DNA from: Trichoplax sp. H2
Taxonomy: Eukaryota
Length of the DNA: 64,000 nucleotides
Assembly: GCA_003344405.1 (NCBI GenBank)
Contig: NOWV01000142.1
Span: 62,001 to 126,000, forward strand
Direction: 5' to 3'
Shown here: piece by piece, positions 35,701 to 48,152 of the stretch
Layout: each line of letters begins with the position of its first letter
Numbering within the stretch: the first letter of the stretch is position 1
The notes under the pieces: generated by a model
The model's input: only the letters and a program-made list of their open reading frames with translations
What the model was told of the DNA's origin: nothing
The model's database searches: none
Translations under genes and position numbers: made by a program

Positions 35701-38320
35701 ATATTTACGGTGATGATAACAATGTAGTTTACGAACCCTTTAGATTTAATATGGCTTCTATCATTTATGCAGATATTTCCTATTTGTGGACAATATTAAT
35801 GGTATCCAGATTTATTCCTACGAGGTAATTTATTATTAAAGTATTTCAGATTATTAGTGTTTAGAAGGTCGGATCCTTATTTCAAAGCATCTTAATACAT
35901 TTAGTTACCTAATATTCATCCAAATAATACGAAAACTTCATATTCATATTTGATGATTTCTGTTTTAGGGAAGATTAGTTTCATCACCAAAACTGATTGG
36001 AGTGCGTACAGATCTACTAAATAAGCATACTGTGTCATTAAGCAATGATACATTAGCGGTTAGAGATGTCAAAGATGAGCGGCGTAAGAATTTCAATCAT
36101 TGCTGAAAATAATTCTGCTTATTAGGATATTGCTAATGAGAGTACCGATAGTCTAACATTTCAAATTTTTCATTTCTCAATATATGAAGTAATTTATTTA
36201 TTCGAGACCGCGAGTGGGAAAGCTGTAGGCTCTGGCAAACCGATACAACATCAGGTTTAGTTTACTAATTGATCTAATTACACATTGATAGCAGGCAGTA
36301 ACTTTTAATAATTTGAAATGTTTTAAATTTTGTGAGGACTTTATATTCGATTTAGTTGTAAATTCTCTGTTGCTATTAAAGAGAGAAGTAGAAATGAAAT
36401 TTTTACTACGTATGGATATTGATAAATAAAAATTTCGCTATCAAACTCTTAGTTGGAAATTATTGAGACCTGTCTTGACCAATGTGGTCCTGCTATGGAA
36501 CGCCAACTCGCTATCATAGATAAAAATAGAGATGTTTATTTAGCCAAGGTTCGACGATCAGAAGCGGCATTCATCAAACTAGGTAAGCCAATATACGACG
36601 ACTCTTATTTACATTATGAGCGAAATCATAATACTGCATAAAGTATAAACACAACATTTCTAAGTCGCACTATAGTAGCTATACCTAGATTTCTTAATAT
36701 TTAATTCACAGGTACTATGGTATCCTCATTGGCATGGAATGATGCTTGTAATATGTTAGCGGCAATTCAAGATAATCACTTTACCATTTGGTATTATCCA
36801 AGTGTTGTCTACGCTGATCGCGATATTCTTCATTTAACACAGTACGAAAAAAACGCCAGGTAACTAATTAAATATTTAATACAATTGTACCGGTACTAGA
36901 TGATGTTTAGCTAACTTAACCAATGTTTAATGTCAATTATCACGATTAATATATTACTAATTCTATCAAAAACGATGAATAATATTGTGGATTAACGACC
37001 TAAAGCGAATTCGGTAAGAGTCCACAAATTTTAAGTTTCGCTGATAATTACTGCGTAATGAGAAGAGCCGATGGAGCAGTTGTCACTACGTGGTAAGACT
37101 ACTATTTGTACTATAGGATTATTACTTGTATAATTACTAACTAGAATAGAATCGTATTTTAAAATAGCCATTTACAAATGTTAACATTACTTTCTATTAG
37201 CACATCTCCTTATCCGGCAGTGCTGCATGAATATGCTAACAAAAACAGATGGGCAGATGCTGTTAAGTTATGCCGATTTATCAAGGTTATCGTTATAGCT
37301 ATTCAATCACTTTTTATTTCTTTATAAATGATTTCATATTGGAAAATTAGAGATAAGGAATGTGAAATCAAATATTAGAATTATTTCATAAAATTCGATA
37401 TTATTCTTATCTACAATCATAGGATCCGGCGATGTGGGCATGTCTAGCTGCTATGTCCGCCTATGCTAAAGATTTAAGCACAGCTGAAATCGCCTATGCT
37501 GCAATTGATGAGGTATTTAGTCGCTATTAAGTCAATTGAGAATACTATGGAATGCGCCATTTGTTTTATAGCAATTGCTTATCTCTAAGATTTTATGTAT
37601 TTAGGTGGATAAAGTACAATATATTACATATATCAAAGATATTCCATCGCGTGAAGGACGCAATGCTGCCATGGCATTATTCTGCAGACAATCGGCTGAA
37701 GCTGAAAGTATCTTATTGCAAGCTGGATTAATATATCGCGCTATTGAAATGCATATTAATAACCATAATTGGGAAAGGTAAAAAAAATTGCCGACGTCAA
37801 AAATAGAGGATAATTTAGCGCTGAATTCGCAGCTAAATCCCATTTTGGGAATTTTTTATGCAACAGGGCCCTAGATCTGGCAATCAAGAATAAAACGCAT
37901 GTCGATACGGTATTGGCATTTCGTCAAAAGTATCTGTCCAAACTTAAGCGGCAGGAAACTGATAAAAAATTTGCAAAATATGCTCAAGAAGTTAGTCGCC
38001 ATATGATAATTATTCAGATAGACTGATTTTACGTTCAGTAATATAGAATTGGATGCCATCTTATGCTAACCGGCCAAATTAAGTAGATACGAACATATTA
38101 TAGATTAATGTAATCATTTCTTCTGTATATATAACATGTTTTATTTGTATTGATTGCTTAGTTATTAAATTGTTTTCTTGCAATCTTACTTGACTTTTAT
38201 TATATTTTAATTTTTAAAATGTTTGTCTAGGTCACCATTGACTGGGAGAAAATTAATGCTAAAATTGAAAATGAACTACAGAAAGAAAAGGAAAGACCTA
38301 CCACTACAAAACGAAAGTAA
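32726..38320 (+). CDS. IFT80: Intraflagellar transport protein 80 (IFT-B, WD40), multi-exon
   Basis: Spliced N-terminus [40 protein letters not shown]. Internal exons include [66 protein letters not shown] and [12 protein letters not shown]. Last exon [29 protein letters not shown] ends with TAA at 38318-38320. Confidence 0.96.
32763..33038 (+). other. U12-type (minor spliceosome) AT-AC intron, first coding intron of IFT80
   Basis: 5' end ATATCCTTTT at 32763, branch-like TGACTTAACC at 33021-33030 and 3' end TTTTTAC at 33038. Removal joins C|AT to give His and the conserved [10 protein letters not shown] frame. Confidence 0.92.
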
Positions 38321-41300
38321 AATTTGAAATATCCTACCCTATTTGGCTGTAGATAGATCTTAACATATTGCTAGATACACTTACGATAGGATACATGAGT
38401 ATCGTTCGTCAACTTATTTCACCATCATGATATTAAGTTAATAACCATGTCGGTGTTTGTAGTCGCCAGTTATATCTTTTTCTATAATGTAATTAGGGTA
38501 GGTACGCATCTAAATCAGCACAAAATTCTGCTTCTTTACCCGTAATATGAACTTCATGCCCTTGGAGATATATTTATATATAATGTACAGCATTTCAAAT
38601 CATGTACTGCAATTGGACACACTGACAGAATATTGCATTTGTCAATTTATCTCTTATTATTAATACGGAATAATACACGTTAATCTGCAAGGCAGTTTAC
38701 TGCACACTTGAATTGATATTAATGCAACATACGTTTAGAAGGCTTAAGAAAATTAATAATATTGAAAACTTATATGAATTTCTTCTAATTTTTTCTTTTA
38801 TGAAATGATTCATTATGTTAACCATGAGCAAACGCCTTATCAATTAATATTGTGGTAAAATATGTTAAATTCTACCGAAAAGTGTTTAATAAAGCCAGTA
38901 GAAATATAGCGAATATTTTCATAGGTCATGCATGTTATGCTAACTTTTACAATAGTATATTACACTCTACTATAAAGGCATACAAGAAATTTTTAGAAAT
39001 GCATGATATACCATACCAAATTCTGGTATGGAGGTATTTATTGAAATCATATTAATTCACTTCATATATTCCAGTACAAATATATATACAGTTTGCTTAA
39101 ATATGATACCTATTCGGCTTATGAATAAATGAAATCGGTTACTATTTCAGTACCATGACATAAAAAATTTCTAATTTTCCTCAAAAATATGACTAGTTTA
39201 TGCGAACCAGCGGGCACTATGCCTGTATACTTGATCTACTAGAATCTAGTATGAAGGTATCAATTGGAGCCGTTAGGAATATATGATATTAAAGTACTCG
39301 TATGCCAGATACTGTACCGTACAATTCCAATAAAGCTACATGGACACTTTTATCCATCAACAACGAAGGTATTAATTGCAATATGAACCAATTTTAGGTG
39401 GCTAATATCGTTGCAACAGTATTTCTGACTCGCAGTCCTCAATTTAAATTTGATGATCAACGCAAGAATACTAGTACAGTAGAATTTCGAAATAGTAGAA
39501 TGAGGAAATCAGAGTATTAGTTAGATACACATAATATGATACTTTATTGGACTCGTACTAATACAATTGCCCTAAGCTATACTATTTACAAATAGAACGA
39601 CGATAGATGATTAAAAATGTTAGTAAAAATGAGTGCATTTATTGCTGGATTTAATATAATTACTTAAATTACTTAATATTCATAAAGTATAATAGGCAGT
39701 ATATCAAAAGGACTAAAATTTCCTGTAGACTTAGGCACTCTAGTGTACAGATAGATTACTGGAAAGAAACTCTGGAGTATGGTGGTCTATATAAATAAAA
39801 TGGCTACTGCTGTAGAGTATCTACGTTAAAACTGTCTTTCGAATAGTGCCTGGAAGAATCTCAGTAAACAGAAACACTAGTACATAGAGGAAATATGAAC
39901 TAACTTATATGATACTTATTTTCCGAAACGACTTGAAGAAAGATTTTTAACTGTCAGTAGCTCTTAGCGATCCATATAATAAGTGCGACCATTAATTAGC
40001 TAGAAACAGTAATTCTAATTCACAGATGAGTAAATGAAAAATGAGTAAGTGAAAAAATTGAAAACTGACCATATCAATCCCTTCATGACGGTATATCATT
40101 ACTTTAAATATAACAGTAACTAAGCTGTAGAAAATTTAGATCATCTGTTATCATCAGCCAAAGCACAATTTCTGCATTAGCTAATAGCAGATCAGCTTAT
40201 AAACGCATCTCTGAAGGCTCTCTATACGCTGTATCTTGATTATACCTTCCTATTAATAATATAGCAATACATCCTGTACATCCAAAATTTAAAGCTTTAT
40301 GCAAAATACTCTCTAAATGCACATCAAAATTTAAAGCTATAGGCAGAGTATTCTGTAAGAAAATTTTAATACTTCATCGAGGAATATTCCTGCCAGTAAA
40401 ATTAAATGAATAAGTTTGCCTGAATTATCGTGATATTTTGAAGTTGATGGTAATAAAAATAGCGTACATTGTAGGCCATGACTTCTTAGCTGTTAGCACA
40501 GTTTCAATCCGCAATTGAAATATTAAGAAAAATTAGCCCATTAAACCGTATAAGATTATTGAGAATCAGCTCATAAGGATAATTCTACTGTATCTACCCT
40601 ATTGTGACTAAAACACGTTTTTATATTAACTATTATCGCAGTGGCGCGTTTACGGATTCGGAAAATTGACACTATGAAATATTCATCAAAACCAGAAGAG
40701 CCTTCAATATAAATTGATAATGTTTAAATACACGTCATTGGTTTTGAGGAGCACGCTTAAAACTTTGTTTATTCATAGCATCAAGGGTGAGCATATTGAC
40801 ACGAAAGCATACTGTCGATTCTCAAGCTAATCTCTATGAATCGACAATAAGATACCTTAATTTTCTATGAATCCATTACTAAGTTCATTATCATGTTTAC
40901 ATGAAATTTTTAATGATTTATTTGACTTTAACGATCATTAGCGCTAATGCTATGTATACAAGCTAAAATAATCTCATCAACTATTTACGACATAATATCA
41001 CTGAAAGATTGCATCTGAAAAACTAAATTGGATCATGTCTGCATAATTTAGCAGTTGATCTTCTACATTCTAAAGGAAACAGGTTATACTAACCTATTTA
41101 TTTGCAGTATTTTGCTTTTCTAGGCTTTTTATATGCAAAGTTGTTATTTTGGATATATTCAGATAGATAGGTTTAGTCTTAGTGGATAAATAACAACCTA
41201 CAAAGCCGTATTTGTTTTACCTACCGTATATAATAAACAGACGATTGTAAATAATTTTATGAGACTATGTCAATAAACTAATTACTGGTTTACAAAATCG

Positions 41301-43926
41301 TAATTAATGAGTCAAAAGTTAATCCTATAATTCCATCATATAATTATGCTAATGCCTACTTTATGGTTGAAATAATGCGACAGAAAGCATTTATTTGGAT
41401 GATTACGTGACTACGGCCTATCAACATATTCTAGCGTTAAAAATGGATCAAGGACCTGTCAAATCAGGTCACAGTCATCTATTATTTTATAAATTTTTAC
41501 GAGGAAATAGCGGAATAAATGAACTAATCATGTAATAAACACACTATAGGATTAAATATTTTTATAATCATAATCAGCCCTCCTGTTACCTTAACACCTT
41601 TTCTAAACCTTAATCCTATAGGAAAACGCCATACTTTAAAAAAGGTAAAGTTACATGATCCATTTCATGAAATAGAATGCTGCAATATTAACAAGGGCGA
41701 TATAATCATCATCTATCCGACGCTCAATCTATCCTACTTCTTGCATCTGTACTATCATCATAGAAGAGCAAGGTCTTGCAGGGCAAACAACTACTGCTAT
41801 ATCCTGTTGAGCTAAAAGTTAAAGCTTAACTACATGAGCAAGGGCAATAGGATCATCACTCTCCTCCAATTCACGATCCGTTCTACTATTATCGCATCTA
41901 TGCTTAATTCCACCTGATCATGTGGATGCTTTAGTTGCAATATCCTAATGAGCTAAATTGAGCTTAGGTATATTAACAAGAAAGTGTAGTCATTACCCTA
42001 AATTTGAGTTCTGCTCATTTATTTATTTTTAATTTATTTCAAATAGAGCTAATTATTAATCAGTGAATTATAAAAACTTGCTTTCGTTTTATTTGATTCA
42101 TACATAGGAATCCAATACTCTTATTTCTCGTAGCAATTCCTTAACTACACTAATTATTTGGTGAGGATCTGGTCTAAAGCTTCATCATCATATTAAACAC
42201 TAACACATCCTAGAATCGCTAAATTCTATATTGAATAGATTAACTTTTTATTGTCTATACAAATGGAAGGCCTTGCTTAGCCATTCCACATTAAATATAA
42301 ATTTAATACAGGACAATCGCCTACCGATGACTATTTAATATATCATGTAACCATTAAAATTTATGTTTTCTATTTTCTGGCAATGTAGGCAAAATTATCA
42401 CCACTAAATTAAGAGCTAACCTATCTTAGTAGACCTTACGTATCAAATAAACGAATCCGTCATATATGCAAAAATATATGTCATGATTAGTTATTCGAAA
42501 CTAAATATATATTTAATACAATTTAAACGTTTGTCGTTAACCATTTTATATATCATGTAACAATTTTGTTGAATAATTGATAACTATACGGCCAAGCTAC
42601 CTGTACCGTCCTTAAAGGCTAAAACATCTTCTTACGTCTAAATTATATATCAAGAAAATTAATCTGTTGTATATATATACTGTACGTTCGCCGTAACAAC
42701 AGATAGAACGCCATGATTGCCTATTCAATATTGCATATAAACTTAATATACTCCAACTGTCTAACGATGACTCTTTTATTTACGAGTGTATCACGTAACC
42801 ATTAATTCTATATTAATTATCTGATGACAATGTGATCAAAAACGTTGGGAAAAATACTAAGTACCATATCTTGCTACGTCTAATAAACAGCCCCATTTAA
42901 ATTGTGTTAAGTAAATTTTTAATAAGGAAATTAGCTTGTAAGCAAATGTGGTGATGAGGAAGAAAGGATTTAAGTAGTAAATAAGAAGGAAATATAAACG
43001 GTACAGGATGGAAATTTCGCGCAGTTTATAAAGGTTAGAATGAGTCTTCATCATATAGAAATCAGGAATTGTATTGGAAGAATGATAGCAAAATAAAGAA
43101 CTATGATCGCCGTATACTCTGGATTTAATATCTATGCTATATATATTAAACAGGTAATGAATAGTATGAAAGTATATTATAAGGTAGTGGCTAAGAGCTC
43201 TTCACAAACATGTTTACGAAAGTGTTCGAGACTAACGAGAGCATTCAAAGAAGATTAATAACCCAAGAATCGAAATAGATATGGCTAAATTTGATATCAA
43301 GTAGATTTATATTTTATGATAAAAATCATTAGGTCATAGAGATCATTGCGATATTGAATTGAAGTTGAATATAGTCGATTTGCTTGACGATAGTCATTTT
43401 ATCTATCTCTTGCTTCAACTCATTTTATGATTAATATTTGATGAAGTTCCGAGCAAAAATATCTTCCCATACTAATTTTCTACCGTATACTCATATACTA
43501 GTAGAAGGTCATGGTTATAAATTAGAAATGGCCTTAATTAATTTACAGTCTATCTCATTTCTATTTAAGTCATTTTATCCTTATATCATTACAGGTAAAA
43601 AGAAATATTTTCACCGCAATGGATAATATCCGAAGCAATGTTGATCGCTAGAGCATAATGTGTAATTGAATTCTGACATATCGTCAGTCAGATCTGTTGT
43701 CTAATTTATCTGACTTTCATGACAATCAATCCTTAATTGTCGCCCATTACCAGCGCTTATTTGATTAAGATTTACATTTTAATCATTCTAATTCAATCAT
43801 TAAACAAATTATTCGGTAAACAGTAAGAGCGGTAAATTGTTGACATAAGGAAAGATAATTGACTTTGATTGGATTAAAATCAATCTTTGAATTAGAATGA
43901 TCTCCTAATTCGACTCTCTCAAAGCT

Positions 43927-43934
43927 TATAAAAG
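43927..43934 (+). promoter_or_regulatory. TATA box of the lysozyme gene
   Basis: TATAAAAG lies ~70 nt upstream of the ATG at 44001. Confidence 0.6.
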
Positions 43935-44000
43935 AGAGAGGAGATTGATTTCTAATTTATATCTAATTCGACTAGCTTAATAGATAGGCTGTCTAGTAAC

Positions 44001-46789
44001 ATGATGAAGTCTGTAATTCTTTTATCCGCTTTTGTCGCCGTGGGTAAGAATTATTTTACAAGGGTTAAATTTCTTTCTTGATTTCAATTCGTGTTTTCCA
44101 ACGGGCTATTAGTATTGTACAAGAGTTAATTGTATAAGATACATCTTTTTTCTATACTATTGAGCATGATTAAAATCTTAATATGAATCGAATCCATTAC
44201 CGCATATAAATTAATGATCCTTGCTTTTTTCTCTTAGCTTTTGCCGCACTTAATGACGACTGTAATGCTGGTCAAGGTTCTTGCCAATATGATTCTCAAT
44301 GTTATACCGGCACTCCAGCCAGTGGATTATGTCCTTACGATCCCAGTAACGTCAAATGTTGCCCAAAAGTCGGTAAGATATAGCTAGAAATACCATCAAT
44401 CTCTACCTTTAGGATTATTATGCATAGTATAGTATGAATTGCTGCAATTTAAACATTCCGCTGTAACTATGCTGAAGGTTTCTACTTCGCATGACATAAA
44501 ATTGTACCTACAAGTGGTTTATTAACCAATTTAAATTGCTCGTGAGCATGCTTTTACAGCAAATGCAGAAATGCCATAACTTACTCTAGAGGGGGTCATC
44601 ATTTAATGGCTTAGGAAAAGTAAAAAGGAAATATTTAAAATTAGATTCTATCGTTCATCATCATAATTAATTATTTATTGAATTATGAATTTAAAACCCT
44701 AGAATATTTCTATAACAGGACTTCCTTTTCCTCATTTTCAATGTTGTAATATCGTTTGTAATCATTAATAATATTAATCCAATTATTGTCCGCAAAAATA
44801 GCTTTTTTAGAATTATAATAGTTGCTCGTACTTCATAGCAATGTAGACTAGCAATTCCATATTTTTTAAGGATATTATCTGCGAAAAAAAGGACCACCAA
44901 AATTTATTAACTAAATTATTTTCCGCAAATATAACTTTTTTCAGAATCTTAATATTTTGTTATACTTCATTATGATGTAGACTAGCAATTCAATATTTTC
45001 AAGCATATTATTTACGAAGAAATAAAATACAAAAATTATTTACCCAACTACTCATCCGCAAAAAAACTTTCTCCAGAATCTTAATAGTCAATTGTGCTCA
45101 TTACTATGTAAATAGCAATTCATTATTTTTAAGGGTATTATCTGCAAAAAATGGACTACCAAAAATTATTTACACCATTATTCTCCGCAAAGATTACTTA
45201 TTCCGTAATCTTAAATAGTCGTTTGTACTTTATCACAATTTAGACTAGCAATTCAATATTTTCAAGCATATTATCTACGGAGAAATGGATTATTTCAAAC
45301 TCTTTCTATCTACTTATCTATTTTAATTGCATTTTCTAAATCATTTAACCAAGATTACCCTTGAATATCGTTCACCTTAGGTCAAAGCTGCAAAAGTAGC
45401 ACTGGCAACTGCATGTTGACAACCCATTGCGGTGGTACAACCTATTCTGGCTACTGTCCAGGCCCTTCTAGTGTCCGCTGTTGCGTCTCCAGTAGCGGTA
45501 GTGGCGGTAGCTACCCAACTAAATACGGTGATTTCATGAGAATCAACCCCAGTGGTGCATCATCAGCTACTGCTAGACAAGATGGTCTTTCCTACTCTGG
45601 TGTTGCTGCATCAAACAAATTGGCTTCTAACGATTATAACCGATGTCTCCGATACAAATCACAGTTCCAAAGTGCTAGCTCAAGCACTCAAATCCCAGTT
45701 GGTCTTATCACCGCTATAGCCAGCCGTGAATCTCGTTGTGGTGGTGCTTTAGATTCTAATGGATATGGTGATCATGGTAATGGATATGGTTTGATGCAGG
45801 TAAATCTAGACGATAGTTATATCATTTAAAATACAGAGTTCTAATTATGATTATTTGCCTATACTCTATAGTTCGTTCATTTCATGTGATATCGAGAGAT
45901 CATGACCTAGTATTTAGATTACAAAATGAGTATAGCAGATTAGCAATCTTCTATAGAGAATAAAAGTTTCATTAATTTATAGACAATTAATGGAATGAAA
46001 ATAAATCAAATTTTTAGATACGTATGTAGTGTCAAGAAGCCAAACCAAAGCTTAAGATCATTTCACGTATCTAGACTATGATCGCAAAAATTTCTGATTA
46101 ATTTAAACGTTATAATTCCATTGCATAAGCTTTTAAATATGGAAATAAAGTTATGATACTAAACTTCAGGAGATTATGACCCAGTGGTTAGATTATATAA
46201 TAGGTATAGCAGATTTAGCAATCTTCTACAGAGAATAGAGTTTCATTAATTTGCAAAGATAATCCATGAAATAAAAACCAATCAGATTCTCTCTCGATTC
46301 AAATTTTTTATGCAGTAATATGAAATCAAACTAAAGCTTACGATCATTTCTTGTACCTAGACTACGATCGTAAAAATTTCTTATTTACTAGGACATTATG
46401 TTGCATATGGCTCTAAAATATGGAAATAAATAAGCAGACTAAACAAAAATCTTCTCAAAATAGGTGGATAAAGTCGTATTTGCTCCTATAATTGTTATTA
46501 TTTCTTTGAATAGGTCGATAAACGTTATCATTCTCTACAAGGTGGACCATACAGTTCAACTCATATCTCCCAAGCTACTAACATTTTGATCAGTTCCATC
46601 AACGGTGTTGCTAACAATCATAGATCCTGGACCAAAGAACAACAAATGCAAGGTGGTGTTGCTGCCTATAACTTTGGTGTTGGCAATGTGCAAAGTATTG
46701 GTGGTATGGATATTGGTACTACTGGCAACGATTACTCCAATGATGTCGTTGCTCGTGCTCAATGGTTCCATAATAATGGCTTCAACTAA
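44001..46789 (+). CDS. Secreted goose-type (GH23) lysozyme with signal peptide and two N-terminal six-Cys modules
   Basis: Exons 44001-44043, 44238-44372, 45381-45799 and 46514-46789. Signal peptide MMKSVILLSAFVAVAFA. Catalytic domain has YGDFMRINPSGAS, GVAASNKLA, IASRESRCG (catalytic Glu), GDHGNGYGLMQVDKRYH, GGVAAYNFGVGNV and TTGNDYSNDVVARAQWF. Confidence 0.95.
44783..45290. repeat. ~133-bp diverged tandem repeat (4 copies) in lysozyme intron 2
   Basis: The anchor TCCGCAAA occurs at 44789, 44922, 45055 and 45184. The copies share TAG(A)CTAGCAATTC and ATATTAT.T.C blocks. Confidence 0.85.
45896..46431. repeat. ~274-bp diverged tandem duplication in lysozyme intron 3
   Basis: GAGATYATGACCYAGT...GTATAGCAGAT(T)TAGCAATCTTCTAYAGAGAATA...AAATATGGAAATAAA occurs at 45896 and 46170. 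Confidence 0.85.
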
Positions 46790-46906
46790 ATACATGTACA
46801 ACTACTCAGTTTTCTATTCCACTAAAACAGTCAAATACCCTGTCTGAGGTTCAGATTAATTTACTCTTTGTTCTTGATAATACTACTTCAATTGTCGTAT
46901 TTCTAG

Positions 46907-46942
46907 AATAAATGTTTGTATTGGAGTAGATAGTTCAATAAA
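46907..46942 (+). terminator. Polyadenylation signals of the lysozyme gene
   Basis: AATAAA at 46907-46912 and 46937-46942, 120-150 nt after the stop. The sequence is AT-rich, so specificity is modest. Confidence 0.5.
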
Positions 46943-48152
46943 AGCAATTAGCAACTTCTATCAGTTTGTTTTAATAAATTCTCCACCTAGTCGAAGTTAG
47001 CAGAGCGACTGGTATGTTATACCATAAGGGGAAAATGTAGTAACCTTATACAAGGATCATATCATAAATTTTGATACTCTCGTACAGTTGCTTTCTTATG
47101 TTGCTGATTAATTCTTAGCTTCTTCTGAAATTTATCGTGTTAGTGATCACTACGATTTTTCAGTAGAAGGATCATACTCTGGTGTTATTGTTTACATGCG
47201 AGTCTAACTTACTATAAATTTATTCTTACCTTCTTACAACATTAGTATCGATGATATTAGGATTTTGTAGTGAAACATCTGGAATTTGATGCTAAGTTCT
47301 CCATAGTGGCAATAATACTAGGATTTTAAGTGGAATACCTTGCTTTATCCTGCAGGCTTATTTCACCATCTTACAGTACCGACAATTGTCGTCTCTTTTA
47401 GAGTTTTTACCGCGAATTTACAAACTCTAATACCATCACTTGCTTCTATTGCATGGTTAATCCCACCTCCTTGTATAATAGTACTCTTAGTATTAGTAAA
47501 GTAGGAAATGGTATTTTGATCTTTAAGCAGCAGCTGTTATTTTTCCTCTATTTTTAAAAATCGGCTTACTGGCTTAGGTTGCAGGTTGAATGATAGATTG
47601 ATTACCGTACGGAATTATTTGTACCCTACCAATGTACCTATCAGCTTAGTAATACAGCAAATACATTTACTTAATGATAGATATCCATAATATTTTTAGC
47701 ACTGATGTAAGGGTTCTATTCGATTTAGCAACACTACGCATCTGCTGCCACTACAGCTATCATTTGCATACCGGGTTGGAAAGCAATAATGAATGTTTAT
47801 GCAGTATAAAGCATATGCAAATACCTAAATACATTTCACCTAATTGGCTGATAGTGTCTGTAACCAAATTTATTTCAGGTTGAAAAAAGTTAATTTAACT
47901 TCATGCATGCTAATCCATATGCAATGTACTAATATGCTTGAAAGAATAAATGCAGTGCATGCATAATTTTGTTACACCAAGGGTTGGAATTTCGTATGAG
48001 TTTTTAAGGTTACAGTGTAGTAAAATATTTACAGTACCAGATACACTTGATATACATCAGAGTTAATTTAAATTTGATGCCTGTACGCCCTGTTACTGAA
48101 ATTTAAAAATATTTAAAAATTTGGCAATCGAATCATATGATGCTTCTCATTC

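Noticed and set aside
38400-43900. Possible gene between IFT80 and the lysozyme
   Set aside because: Only short AT-rich ORFs and old diverged duplications (~40280-40355, ~41690-41980, ~42325-42810) are present, with no consistent exon chain.
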